Part shown: positions 1 through 7,926 of the stretch, one piece after another
How the letters are laid out: every line of letters begins with the position of its first letter
Numbering within the stretch: position 1 is the stretch's first letter
Assembly (NCBI GenBank): GCA_963675845.1
Contig: OY776634.1
Location: forward strand, 1,952,633-2,016,632
Direction of reading: 5' to 3'
Length of the DNA stretch: 64,000 bases
Source: an uncultured Saccharofermentans sp.
GTDB taxonomy: Bacteria > Bacillota > Clostridia > Saccharofermentanales > UBA5734
Notes under the pieces: generated by a model
Database searches by the model: none
What the model was told of the DNA's origin: nothing
The model's input: the letters and a program-made list of their open reading frames with translations, nothing else
Position numbers and translations under genes: made by a program

Positions 1-167
1 ACATTGGCGTCAATAAACACAACGGTATCTTGATATAATTCTTCTTGATATGAAGAGTATCCTGACTGCAATAAATAAGGCACAGAAGCCGTTATCCAAA
101 TTAAAAGCATCCCGATAATATAAAACTGTATCATCATCATGGCAGACGCAATCAAACGCCTTTTCAT
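1..167 (-). CDS. Partial CDS (N-terminus only, runs off left edge): membrane protein, possibly a second FtsX-like permease
   Basis: ATG at 167 preceded by GGAG. MKRRLIASAMMMIQFYIIGMLLIWITASVPYLL is a basic N-terminus then one hydrophobic helix, the same layout as the start of the permease 29 nt upstream. Below the ORF-track length cutoff. Confidence 0.35.
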   Translation of the reverse strand, partial: MKRRLIASAMMMIQFYIIGMLLIWITASVPYLLQSGYSSYQEELYQDTVVFIDAN

Positions 168-196
168 GTCGCTCCATGCTAATAATAATGCTGATT

Positions 197-1255
197 TCAT
201 GAATCTGCCTCGCTTTTGCTGATGAAATCCGAGCGGAAATACAGTAACGTGAATAGAGCCATCCAAATTATGATAGTGCCGACAATTATGATTGGGTAGA
301 ACAAAACAATTCTCATCATGGCTCTTGAAGAATTAAAAACAATAATCCAGAAAAGCAGCTGCAATAGACTGCCTAGCAGTGCGCCCATGACACTTGGAAA
401 AAATTGTCGCCGAATGGCAATGCAGTAATGTGTTCGCTTTCTGGCACCGACCCTGTAGCGAATATGATTCCACTTTTTTTCGCTGTTAAGATGCTGAATG
501 TAGTTGAAAGACAAGGTCGCTAATGAAACGATAAGCCCCAGTGATATGATCAGAAAAAATTTATCGGACAGTAAAACCTTTGCACTGGCTTGATTGAATC
601 CGTCTGCTTGAACCGGAGACATCACAACGGATAAACCCAAGTTGCGTAAAGCGTCCACAAGCCTGTCTGATAAATCCATATCAGTGGAAGAAATAATCCA
701 TTTACCAATCAATGTTTGAGTTGTACATAAAGGCGCTATGGCATCATAGCCGTTTCTTTGCAGTGCAGCATCTTGTTCAAGAACGCCGACAATCTCATAT
801 TCGTCTCCTGCGACGAACATTTTTTGGTTCTCTTGATAAAAATATAGATCAATCCAGGAATCTGCAAATGTAACCAGCACCTTGTGATCACGATTCATTT
901 CGTCAAAACCAAAAAACCGACCAGCTTTAAATTTCAAAGACTCCATAGATATGGGGTCGCCCGCAACATATAACCAAGTGTGCCTGCCATTTGTGTTTTC
1001 GGGCTGGAATAGTACCCCATCAGAAGAATTGGTCGCATAAATTCGAATAAGATCAAATAGTTTTACACCTTCATTTGGATCAAAACCATCAGCAGAATTA
1101 GCGGGTGTTTTGGTTGTTGTTATCATGGCTGCCGGGGAAGCCAACCCTCGGGTATCATCCCTGCTGTATAACAAGAAACAAGCTTGACTGAATGCAGCCA
1201 GGAGACAGAAGATACAAGCGGCATGAAAGAGCATCGTGACAAATTGACGATTCAT
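197..1255 (-). CDS. ABC transporter permease, FtsX/MacB-like (possibly DUF1430-type bacteriocin-associated membrane protein)
   Basis: 352-aa ORF with an N-terminal TM (LFHAACIFCLLAAFSQACFLL), a ~220-aa soluble middle and three C-terminal TMs. The basic loop IRYRVGARKRTH is typical of FtsX-fold permeases. Co-directional with the ABC ATPase at 1684-2406. Confidence 0.7.
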   Translation of the reverse strand: MNRQFVTMLFHAACIFCLLAAFSQACFLLYSRDDTRGLASPAAMITTTKTPANSADGFDPNEGVKLFDLIRIYATNSSDGVLFQPENTNGRHTWLYVAGDPISMESLKFKAGRFFGFDEMNRDHKVLVTFADSWIDLYFYQENQKMFVAGDEYEIVGVLEQDAALQRNGYDAIAPLCTTQTLIGKWIISSTDMDLSDRLVDALRNLGLSVVMSPVQADGFNQASAKVLLSDKFFLIISLGLIVSLATLSFNYIQHLNSEKKWNHIRYRVGARKRTHYCIAIRRQFFPSVMGALLGSLLQLLFWIIVFNSSRAMMRIVLFYPIIIVGTIIIWMALFTLLYFRSDFISKSEADS

Positions 1256-1324
1256 AATCTCTCCTTGGCAAATTTTGTCTCATCCCATGCAGATAGATGT
1301 TCATATACCGGGTCTTGACAATAA

Positions 1325-1687
1325 TTAGAATGTTTCAAACATGTAGTGAAACGTTGCTACAGGCGCAAATGGGTCTAAAAGGTCCCACACCCGCTGGGTT
1401 CTGATGTATGTATATGTGTCTGTTGGTCCATAGGCTGTCATAGTCGAAAAAGGACCATTGTTTTGTGTATTTGTGTACCACATTGACCCATATGCAACAT
1501 GGCCGCCCCAATAAGAATCATAATATGAAGCACGGCATTGTATAGACCCGTTGTAATATAAGCCTGGCCACGGTCCCTCCGTTGAGGATGCATAATTGGG
1601 GCCGGATGCAAAAACTGCCATAGTCATGATTAGGAAAACAGATGTCAAACATACTGCTGCCACAACTGATCTGAGTATCTTTCTCAT
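1325..1687 (-). CDS. Small secreted aromatic/Gly-rich protein; candidate lactococcin-972-like bacteriocin
   Basis: 120-aa ORF whose ATG shares ATGA (1684-1687) with the ATPase stop. Sec-type signal MRKILRSVVAAVCLTSVFLIMTMAVFA|SG. The ~90-aa mature part is rich in Y/W/G/T/S/N and ends HYMFETF. It lies between the ABC ATPase and the FtsX-like permease. Confidence 0.55.
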   Translation of the reverse strand: MRKILRSVVAAVCLTSVFLIMTMAVFASGPNYASSTEGPWPGLYYNGSIQCRASYYDSYWGGHVAYGSMWYTNTQNNGPFSTMTAYGPTDTYTYIRTQRVWDLLDPFAPVATFHYMFETF

Positions 1688-2406
1688 AGAATATCCTCCC
1701 TGTGCATATCAATTCTACCTGCATGAGATGATTCAATTATTTGTCCATCTAGAATTTTTATAACCCTTGAACACCGGGCAGCCAAATCTAGATTATGCGT
1801 TGCCATAATCAGTGTCTTGCCCTCATGTACTAAATTCATGAGCAACCGCATAACCTGTTCTTGGTTTTGCGTATCCAATGCACCTGTTGGCTCATCAGCT
1901 AAAATTATGCTGGGGTTATTGATTAAAGCCCGAGCGATGGCTACTCTCTGGCGTTGCCCGCCGGACAATGTGTGAACTGGTTGTCTGCTCTGAGCATGCA
2001 TATCAACTCGATTTAGAGATTCCAGCGCCAATTTTCTTTTCTGTGACCTGGATAACCGCTCTTTTGTATATAGAAGAGGAAGTTGAACATTTTCGAGTGC
2101 AGATTCATTTTCGATTAGCGCAAAATCTTGGACAACAAAGCCGATTTCGCGGTTTCTAAAATCAGATTGCTGACGTTCGCTGCTCCTGATCATATCGATA
2201 TCATCATAAAAGAACGAACCTGAATCTGGTCTGATCAGCAAGCTTAGAACATTTAACAATGTGGTTTTGCCACAACCAGAAGGCCCGGTGATAGCAACAC
2301 TTTCTCCTTGGTCAATTGAAAATGAAACTTCAAACAATGCACGGTTCAAGCAGGGCTCTTGACCAAAATATTTGCTGATCGATTGACATTCAATGATCTT
2401 TTTCAT
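1684..2406 (-). CDS. ABC transporter ATP-binding protein (MacB/LolD-like)
   Basis: Walker A GPSGCGKTT, signature LSGGQRQRVAIARAL, Walker B IILADEPTGALD, H-loop MATHN. Confidence 0.9.
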   Translation of the reverse strand: MKKIIECQSISKYFGQEPCLNRALFEVSFSIDQGESVAITGPSGCGKTTLLNVLSLLIRPDSGSFFYDDIDMIRSSERQQSDFRNREIGFVVQDFALIENESALENVQLPLLYTKERLSRSQKRKLALESLNRVDMHAQSRQPVHTLSGGQRQRVAIARALINNPSIILADEPTGALDTQNQEQVMRLLMNLVHEGKTLIMATHNLDLAARCSRVIKILDGQIIESSHAGRIDMHREDIL

Positions 2407-3256
2407 TTTACCTCTCCATCCTTGAGCGCCTGATCCAGTTGCTCGAAAAGCCGGCTCATTGCTTTTGGGACAGGATTCTTAAGCGAAGATCTATGCAATT
2501 CTACGACGTTGTTATCTTTGAAAAGATTGGATCGTTGGTTTTGTCGAATACATGCACTGTGTCTGTCCTTGCCTCATGTTGATCAAAAAATTAATATAGA
2601 TATATAATCAATATAGATAATTAATAAATATATCTTAACAGATAATAAGGTGACATACAAGAAGCCGCATTGCCCCTTTAAACAAGTCATTTGTTGAACC
2701 GGGTAAGAATGTAGCTTTAAGTCAACAAAGGTGCGTAGTTGTGCTGCGTTGGACGGATAAGAATTGGGGTTATGAGGCACGTCGCTATTTGGGGGCATAT
2801 TGGATTAAAATATCATAAATTAACAAAAGACAAAAATAGTAAGTAAATTTATAATATAATATAGTGTGTCGAGTTTTACTGCGAAACAACCATTTGAGCA
2901 TCAATAAACCGGTTGAGCCAACCTATCGATAACCAAGAGCAAATACAAACGCTCTCGATACGGACTGATTCTGCCGACACTGATAACAATCTGGAAGGTT
3001 TTGGACGATCTATGATGGAAGCGGTTGCAAGATGCTAGTCCTGTTTATCTTTAGTCGCATGTGGCAATCGCAAGAACTGTCTCTTGTTGATGATTAGACC
3101 GATCTGATGCTTCTGATCCGTCCGGCAAGAACCGATCGATCCGGGTCTTAACGGGCTCAGAAAGCGTCCTGATCGGCTGAATGTCGCCTGGCAGGCGACC
3201 CGGTTGCCATCCTGCAGCGGTATGCTGAAGGCATCAAGACCAGGAGGCGACCTGTT

Positions 3257-3883
3257 ATGAACAATCAATCAACCGAAATCATTTTCATCCTCGACCGCAG
3301 CGGTTCAATGGCCGGCCTTGAAGCCGAAACCATCCATGGCTTCAACACCGTGCTGGCCGAGCAGAAGGAATTGCCTGGCAAGGCGCATGTAACGACGGTT
3401 CTGTTTGACGACCGGATCGAAATCGTGCATGACCGGCAAGACATCCAGACAGTCAAACCCATCACCCGGGCAACTTATTTTGTCAGGGGAACGACCGCTC
3501 TTTTGGATGCCATGGGCATGACGATCAACCGGATCCGAAAGCTTGGACGCAACGCACTGGGGCGGGTGCTGTTTGTCATCATAACCGATGGCTATGAAAA
3601 CGCGAGCCGGGCGTTCGGGCTGGACCAGGTTCGGGAAATGGTTCGGCACCAGCAGGAGATTGAGGGCTGGACATTCCTGTTTCTGGGCGCCAATATCGAC
3701 GCCGTTCAGGCGGCATCGCAGATGGGCATTGCCGAAGACAGCGCCGTCGACTGCATGGCTGACGACATGGGCGTTGGGGCCCAATATAATGCCGTCAATG
3801 AAGCTGTCAGGGAGTATCGTTCCAGTTACAGGGTCGGAGCGGACTGGAAAGGCGCCATCGAGAAAGACCGGCGACGTCGCTGA
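3257..3883 (+). CDS. von Willebrand factor A (vWA) domain protein
   Basis: MIDAS motif DRSGSM near the N-terminus, then GTTALLDAMG and VIITDGYENAS. AGGAGG lies upstream of the ATG. Confidence 0.8.
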   Translation: MNNQSTEIIFILDRSGSMAGLEAETIHGFNTVLAEQKELPGKAHVTTVLFDDRIEIVHDRQDIQTVKPITRATYFVRGTTALLDAMGMTINRIRKLGRNALGRVLFVIITDGYENASRAFGLDQVREMVRHQQEIEGWTFLFLGANIDAVQAASQMGIAEDSAVDCMADDMGVGAQYNAVNEAVREYRSSYRVGADWKGAIEKDRRRR

Positions 3884-3895
3884 AGCATGTCGCCG

Positions 3896-4270
3896 CTATG
3901 CCTTATAGGCCCTGGACACCGACTCGATCAGCTCATCAAGCGTCAGACCCATGCTCTTATAGTAGTCGACATCTTGTTTGATTTTTTCTTCGACCATGGT
4001 GTTGCGCTTGTCTAGAAGACTGTTCGAAGTCAGATCCGCGACAAAGCAGCCGCGGCCAACCATGGTGACAATCAAGCCGGAACGCTCCAGCTCTTCCCAG
4101 GCCTTCTTGATGGTGATCACGCTGATATGCAGTTCCCTGGCAACCGTTCGAATCGGCGGCAACGCCTGTCCGGCTGCCAGGGAACCTTTGAGAATCTGCA
4201 GCCTGATCTGTTCGAAGATCTGGCGGTAGATCGGCTTGTCGGACGAGGCCCGGATGACGATGTCGATCAT
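3896..4270 (-). CDS. GntR family transcriptional regulator (short YtrA-type)
   Basis: Winged-HTH block LPPIRTVARELHISVITIKKAWEELERSGLIVTMVGRGCFV. 124 aa. ATGA overlap with the upstream permease gene. Confidence 0.85.
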   Translation of the reverse strand: MIDIVIRASSDKPIYRQIFEQIRLQILKGSLAAGQALPPIRTVARELHISVITIKKAWEELERSGLIVTMVGRGCFVADLTSNSLLDKRNTMVEEKIKQDVDYYKSMGLTLDELIESVSRAYKA

Positions 4271-4905
4271 AGGTCAATGCGCTCAAAGCGCCTGGCGGAA
4301 ATCCGGTAAGCCAGATAGGTTACCAGCCCGAAGATGATCATTCCTAAAAGCAGCACGACGATCTGCTCGATATTGATCTGCCGGCTGTCTAGAATCCGGC
4401 CGGCGGGGATCAGCAGCAACGCGGCTTCGACAGCTACGGCGAAGACAACCGAGGCGGTCATCCCGACAATTACCGGCAGCCCGATTTTATAGGCTGTCTT
4501 GTAGAACATCGGGAAGAATGCGATGTTGAAGATGGCGTACATCACAAAGCAGAACCCGATAAAGGCCGCATTCGCGTCGAGCAGGAAATTCTGATGCTCA
4601 AACAGCGAGAGGTTGATGGCGCAGAACGCCGCGGTCACAATAATCTGCACCAGCTCGAGGATGGTCATGGCCAGGATCCTGGCCTTGACGACATCCCGCT
4701 TTCTGACCGGCATCAGGACCGAAAACCCGATATCGTTCTGGGCTTTCGCGTTCGAAAAAACATTGGGGACCGTGATGAAGAAAAAGTACATCAGGGCCAG
4801 AAAATAGATCCATTCCGGAATCAGCACCAGGGCGCCCAGCAGCGGCACGATGTAGTACAGCGGGTGGATCGCCAGTTTGAATTCCTTGTACAGCAGCTCT
4901 TTCAT
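4267..4905 (-). CDS. ABC-2 type transporter membrane protein
   Basis: Multi-TM ORF without a soluble domain. Preferred start is ATG 4905, with GGGGAGG 6 nt upstream; the ORF-track start at 4920 lies inside that RBS. It begins 1 nt after the ATPase stop. Confidence 0.75.
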   Translation of the reverse strand: MKELLYKEFKLAIHPLYYIVPLLGALVLIPEWIYFLALMYFFFITVPNVFSNAKAQNDIGFSVLMPVRKRDVVKARILAMTILELVQIIVTAAFCAINLSLFEHQNFLLDANAAFIGFCFVMYAIFNIAFFPMFYKTAYKIGLPVIVGMTASVVFAVAVEAALLLIPAGRILDSRQINIEQIVVLLLGMIIFGLVTYLAYRISARRFERIDL

Positions 4906-4906
4906 G

Positions 4907-5761
4907 TCAGGCCTCCCCATTTTTGATTCTGGCGTAGTAGATCATGATCTCTTCCAAAGTCGGCGCTTCAGCCAGAACAGCGTCCTCGGGCTTCAGATCA
5001 CTGGTTCGGATCAACCCGGTGAAACCGAAGGCGTTGGTTTTGGTCGCGATTGCCCGGGACTCGATGCTGCCAAGCTGGTCGGCGGTGCCCTTGATCAGGC
5101 GGTAGGCTGCGGTCAGGTCATCCTTAGCCTGGCTTTCGATAATCTGACCGTCCTTGATGAAGGTGATGAAATCGGCGCATTTGTCCAGGTCGCTGGTGAT
5201 GTGTGTGGAGAAGAGAATGCTCTTGTCGCCGTCTTCGATAAGTTCCTGGAACAGTTCGAGCAGATCGTCCCGGGCGACCGGGTCCAGGCCGCTGGTCGGC
5301 TCATCGAGAATGAACAGCCTGGCCTGGTGCGACAGGGCGAGAGCCAGCGAATACTTGACGCGCATGCCGTGCGACAGGTCGGATGGCCGCTTGGTATCGT
5401 CCAGGTTGAAGCGGCGCATATACTGGCGGTAGATGTCTTCATCCCAGTTTTCATAGAAGCGCCTGACGACGTCCGTGATTTTGGAAATTTTGCTTTTGGC
5501 ATAGTAGTCCACGCCGCCGAACATCGAACCGACCTGCTGCTTCAGCGCCATCTCATGGTCCTTGAAGTCCAGCCCCAAGATGCTGACGCGACCGCTATCG
5601 GCGTGGACCAGGTTCAAGATGGACTTGAGCGTGGTTGTCTTGCCGGCGCCGTTGGCGCCGATAAACCCGCAGATATAGCCTTCGTCCAGTGTGAAGGACA
5701 CATCCTTCAAGTGGAATCCGGGGTAGTGCTTGTTCAGTTGTTCAACTTCAAGAATGGCCAT
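4907..5761 (-). CDS. ABC transporter ATP-binding protein
   Basis: Start moved to MAILEVEQL (ATG 5761). Walker A GANGAGKTT, degenerate signature LSHGMRVKYSLALAL, Walker B LFILDEPTSGLD. Confidence 0.88.
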   Translation of the reverse strand: MAILEVEQLNKHYPGFHLKDVSFTLDEGYICGFIGANGAGKTTTLKSILNLVHADSGRVSILGLDFKDHEMALKQQVGSMFGGVDYYAKSKISKITDVVRRFYENWDEDIYRQYMRRFNLDDTKRPSDLSHGMRVKYSLALALSHQARLFILDEPTSGLDPVARDDLLELFQELIEDGDKSILFSTHITSDLDKCADFITFIKDGQIIESQAKDDLTAAYRLIKGTADQLGSIESRAIATKTNAFGFTGLIRTSDLKPEDAVLAEAPTLEEIMIYYARIKNGEA

Positions 5762-5903
5762 GACAGTGCACCTCAAATCAAATTGTGTATAGTAGACATA
5801 CACAATATACACGGTGGCGAAGATATTGTCAAATTGCCGCCCAGGCCGATAGGCGTATAATGGGGAGTGAAGCAATTAGTCGACATCCAGGAAGGTGGTT
5901 CAA

Positions 5904-6101
5904 ATGAAGCAGTACAAAGTCGAGTTGATCTCGGTTGAGAAGAACCGGCGTTTCGGCGAATTCAATCCTCAGCCGCTGGAAGACGCCCTGAATGAGTTCT
6001 CCCGGCAGGGCTGGCAGGTCATATCCTGCTCGGCCCGGGATATTCCCGGTTTTGGATCAGGCCGACAGGAGTTTGTTGCCGTCTTGGAAAAGGCCGTTTA
6101 G
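5904..6101 (+). CDS. DUF4177-like small protein
   Basis: 65 aa from ATG 5904, with GAAGGTGG upstream. MKQYKVELISVEK...FSRQGWQVISC...EFVAVLEK resembles DUF4177 proteins. Confidence 0.6.
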   Translation: MKQYKVELISVEKNRRFGEFNPQPLEDALNEFSRQGWQVISCSARDIPGFGSGRQEFVAVLEKAV

Positions 6102-6119
6102 ATCACCCGTTATTCAGGT

Positions 6120-6731
6120 TCAGGAGTCGGGATCAGGCAGGCAGAAGCTGTTGGGCTTTCCAAACAGCGCCCGCAGTGCGCCATGGGCGAAGGCGATCGG
6201 CAGGAGAATCAGCCAGGACAGGCTGACCAGAACTTCCCAATGCAGTGAACTGTTATTGTAAGGACGGCCTTTGATCCTGGATCCCAGTGCGCTGAAGGGA
6301 ATGCCCATCACATTGCCGACCATAATGACCTGGATGGCTCCGAGGATGGCTCGCGCCTGATCAGCACCATATGCCTCGACCAGATTCTGCAGGGCCTTCC
6401 TAGAGGGTCGGCCGCTCTGGTCGGCGTAGTGCTGGGCAAACAGAATCGCCCGGGCTTCGTGGGGCACGACATACTGGTCGCTGCCGCTTAAAAAGCTCTG
6501 GATTTCGGCGTTGCTCAGCCCTTCGCTTAAGGCTCTGCCGGTGTGGGCATAGGAGCAGATCGCACAGCCATTGACCTCGGTAACCGCTAGCATCAAGCGC
6601 TCGACGAATTGCGGACTGATCTGCTGCTTTTTCCGGTTCTGAATCAGTGCCCTCAGGGCTCGAGGCATCAGGACAAGTGCGCGGTAGGCGTCCGACATGC
6701 TGTATTGTTTTTTCAATTGAGAGATTGCCAT
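6120..6731 (-). CDS. Carboxymuconolactone decarboxylase (AhpD-like) family protein
   Basis: AhpD-like CxxC core EVNGCAICSYAHT, plus a C-terminal hydrophobic tail. Confidence 0.7.
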   Translation of the reverse strand: MAISQLKKQYSMSDAYRALVLMPRALRALIQNRKKQQISPQFVERLMLAVTEVNGCAICSYAHTGRALSEGLSNAEIQSFLSGSDQYVVPHEARAILFAQHYADQSGRPSRKALQNLVEAYGADQARAILGAIQVIMVGNVMGIPFSALGSRIKGRPYNNSSLHWEVLVSLSWLILLPIAFAHGALRALFGKPNSFCLPDPDS

Positions 6732-6806
6732 TTGACTGCCTCGATTTCAGGAAGAACGTGTGGACCTTCTTAACTTGATTATCAGTCAAATTCTGTTTAT
6801 TGTCCA

Positions 6807-7242
6807 ATGCCCATGTATTTGGAGGTTAAGCCAGGTTCGGAACAATCAAATGAGATTGCCATGTACCAGCAGCAGGAATGGTTTTTCCGCCAGATTGAAA
6901 TGATGGTCCAATTCATCGCCCGGGTACTTTTTCATCAAGAGGCAATTGTCTACGAGATCCAGGATGAGATGCAGCCAACCCAGACGGACGAGCTCTATAA
7001 CCGGATCATGTTCCTGCTCGCCCAGGGCGAGTTGGGCCGCGCAGAGGATCTGCTCTTCGCGCAGCTGGATCCATCCGACACCCGAACAGCTTGAGCTGGC
7101 GGTCGATTTCTACCAGACGCTGAACCGGCTCAGTGATGACGAGTTGGACAGCGCCGGTTTTCCCCGCCCGGAGATTCTGGACGGGCTGTCTGAAGTTATG
7201 AAAAAATTCGGTTTAGCGAATTATATACAGCCGCAAATCTGA
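6807..7242 (+). pseudogene. Frameshifted DUF6483-like gene
   Basis: ORFs 6807-7094 and 6946-7242 overlap in different frames. Joined near 7075-7090 they read ...LLAQGELGRAEDLLFAQLDPSD/TPEQLELAVDFYQTLNRLSDDELDSAGFPRPEILDGLSEVMKKFGL, one small helical protein. Confidence 0.5.
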
Positions 7243-7305
7243 AGGTGTCGGGTATAAATTCGGGAAAGCTTCCACAATAAGTTAGGCAACTAATGGCTAG
7301 GTACC

Positions 7306-7345
7306 TTGACAATAACTTTTCAGCATGCTATCTTGTAGCTGAAAA
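7306..7345 (+). promoter_or_regulatory. Sigma-70-type promoter with overlapping inverted repeat (candidate MarR operator)
   Basis: TTGACA (7306-7311), 17-nt spacer, TATCTT (7329-7334). The 8-nt arms TTTTCAGC (7317-7324) and GCTGAAAA (7338-7345) bracket the -10. Lies 27 nt upstream of the marR-type gene. Confidence 0.5.
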
Positions 7346-7371
7346 CAAGTCTTGATCAAGGAGGAAATGCT

Positions 7372-7926
7372 ATGAAAATAAAACCTGATAACCACCGTGA
7401 ACACCCCGCTCGATTTTCGGCTCAACCCCTGTCAGCCGAGGATCGACTGATCCGGCAGATTCGATTCTGCGGACGCTTCCTGCATCACAACACTGAACAA
7501 CGAGGCAGCCAGCGCCATGTCCTGGAGCGGCTGAAGGCACACGGGACCATGACGCAGAAAGACCTGATGGAATCCATGCGCATCCAGTCCGGATCGGCCA
7601 GTGAATTGCTTGGAAAAATCGAACAGGCTGGCTTGGTCAGCCGCGTAAAGTGCGAAACCGATCGTCGCCTGGTCGAAATCCGCATCACCGACGAAGGTCT
7701 TCAGGAACTTGACAAAATGCAGGCGCAATACCGTCAATCGGTCTCTGAGCTCTTGACGGTGCTCAATGATGATGAAAAGACACAATTGACCGACCTTCTA
7801 GACAAGCTGGCCGCAAATTGGGCCGAGCGGCTGGATCGTCTGCCGGATCGCCGCAGACCCGGCGGACGCGGCCGCCACAGGCGTCAGCATCCAGCAAGCG
7901 GTGAAGGGAGGTCCGAACATGCCTAG
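7372..7926 (+). CDS. MarR family transcriptional regulator
   Basis: wHTH block MTQKDLMESMRIQSGSASELLGKIEQAGLVSRVKCETDRRLVEIRITDEG and an Arg-rich C-terminal tail. The 3-prime end overlaps the next gene by 8 nt. Confidence 0.85.
   Translation: MKIKPDNHREHPARFSAQPLSAEDRLIRQIRFCGRFLHHNTEQRGSQRHVLERLKAHGTMTQKDLMESMRIQSGSASELLGKIEQAGLVSRVKCETDRRLVEIRITDEGLQELDKMQAQYRQSVSELLTVLNDDEKTQLTDLLDKLAANWAERLDRLPDRRRPGGRGRHRRQHPASGEGRSEHA

Noticed and set aside
2583-2798. 71-aa minus-strand ORF in the AT-rich spacer
   Set aside because: No RBS. Its I/L/Y-rich composition simply reflects AT-rich DNA, and it lies in a region best explained as promoter or junction sequence.
3035-3268. 77-aa minus-strand ORF overlapping the vWA start
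   Set aside because: No RBS and no family features. It overlaps the RBS and start of the well-supported vWA gene.
4877-5860. 327-aa plus-strand ORF
   Set aside because: Entirely antisense to the ABC ATPase and permease genes, which carry clear Walker/signature motifs. Its translation is low-complexity (G/D/V/A/Q-rich) with no family features, typical of antisense ORFs in GC-rich DNA.
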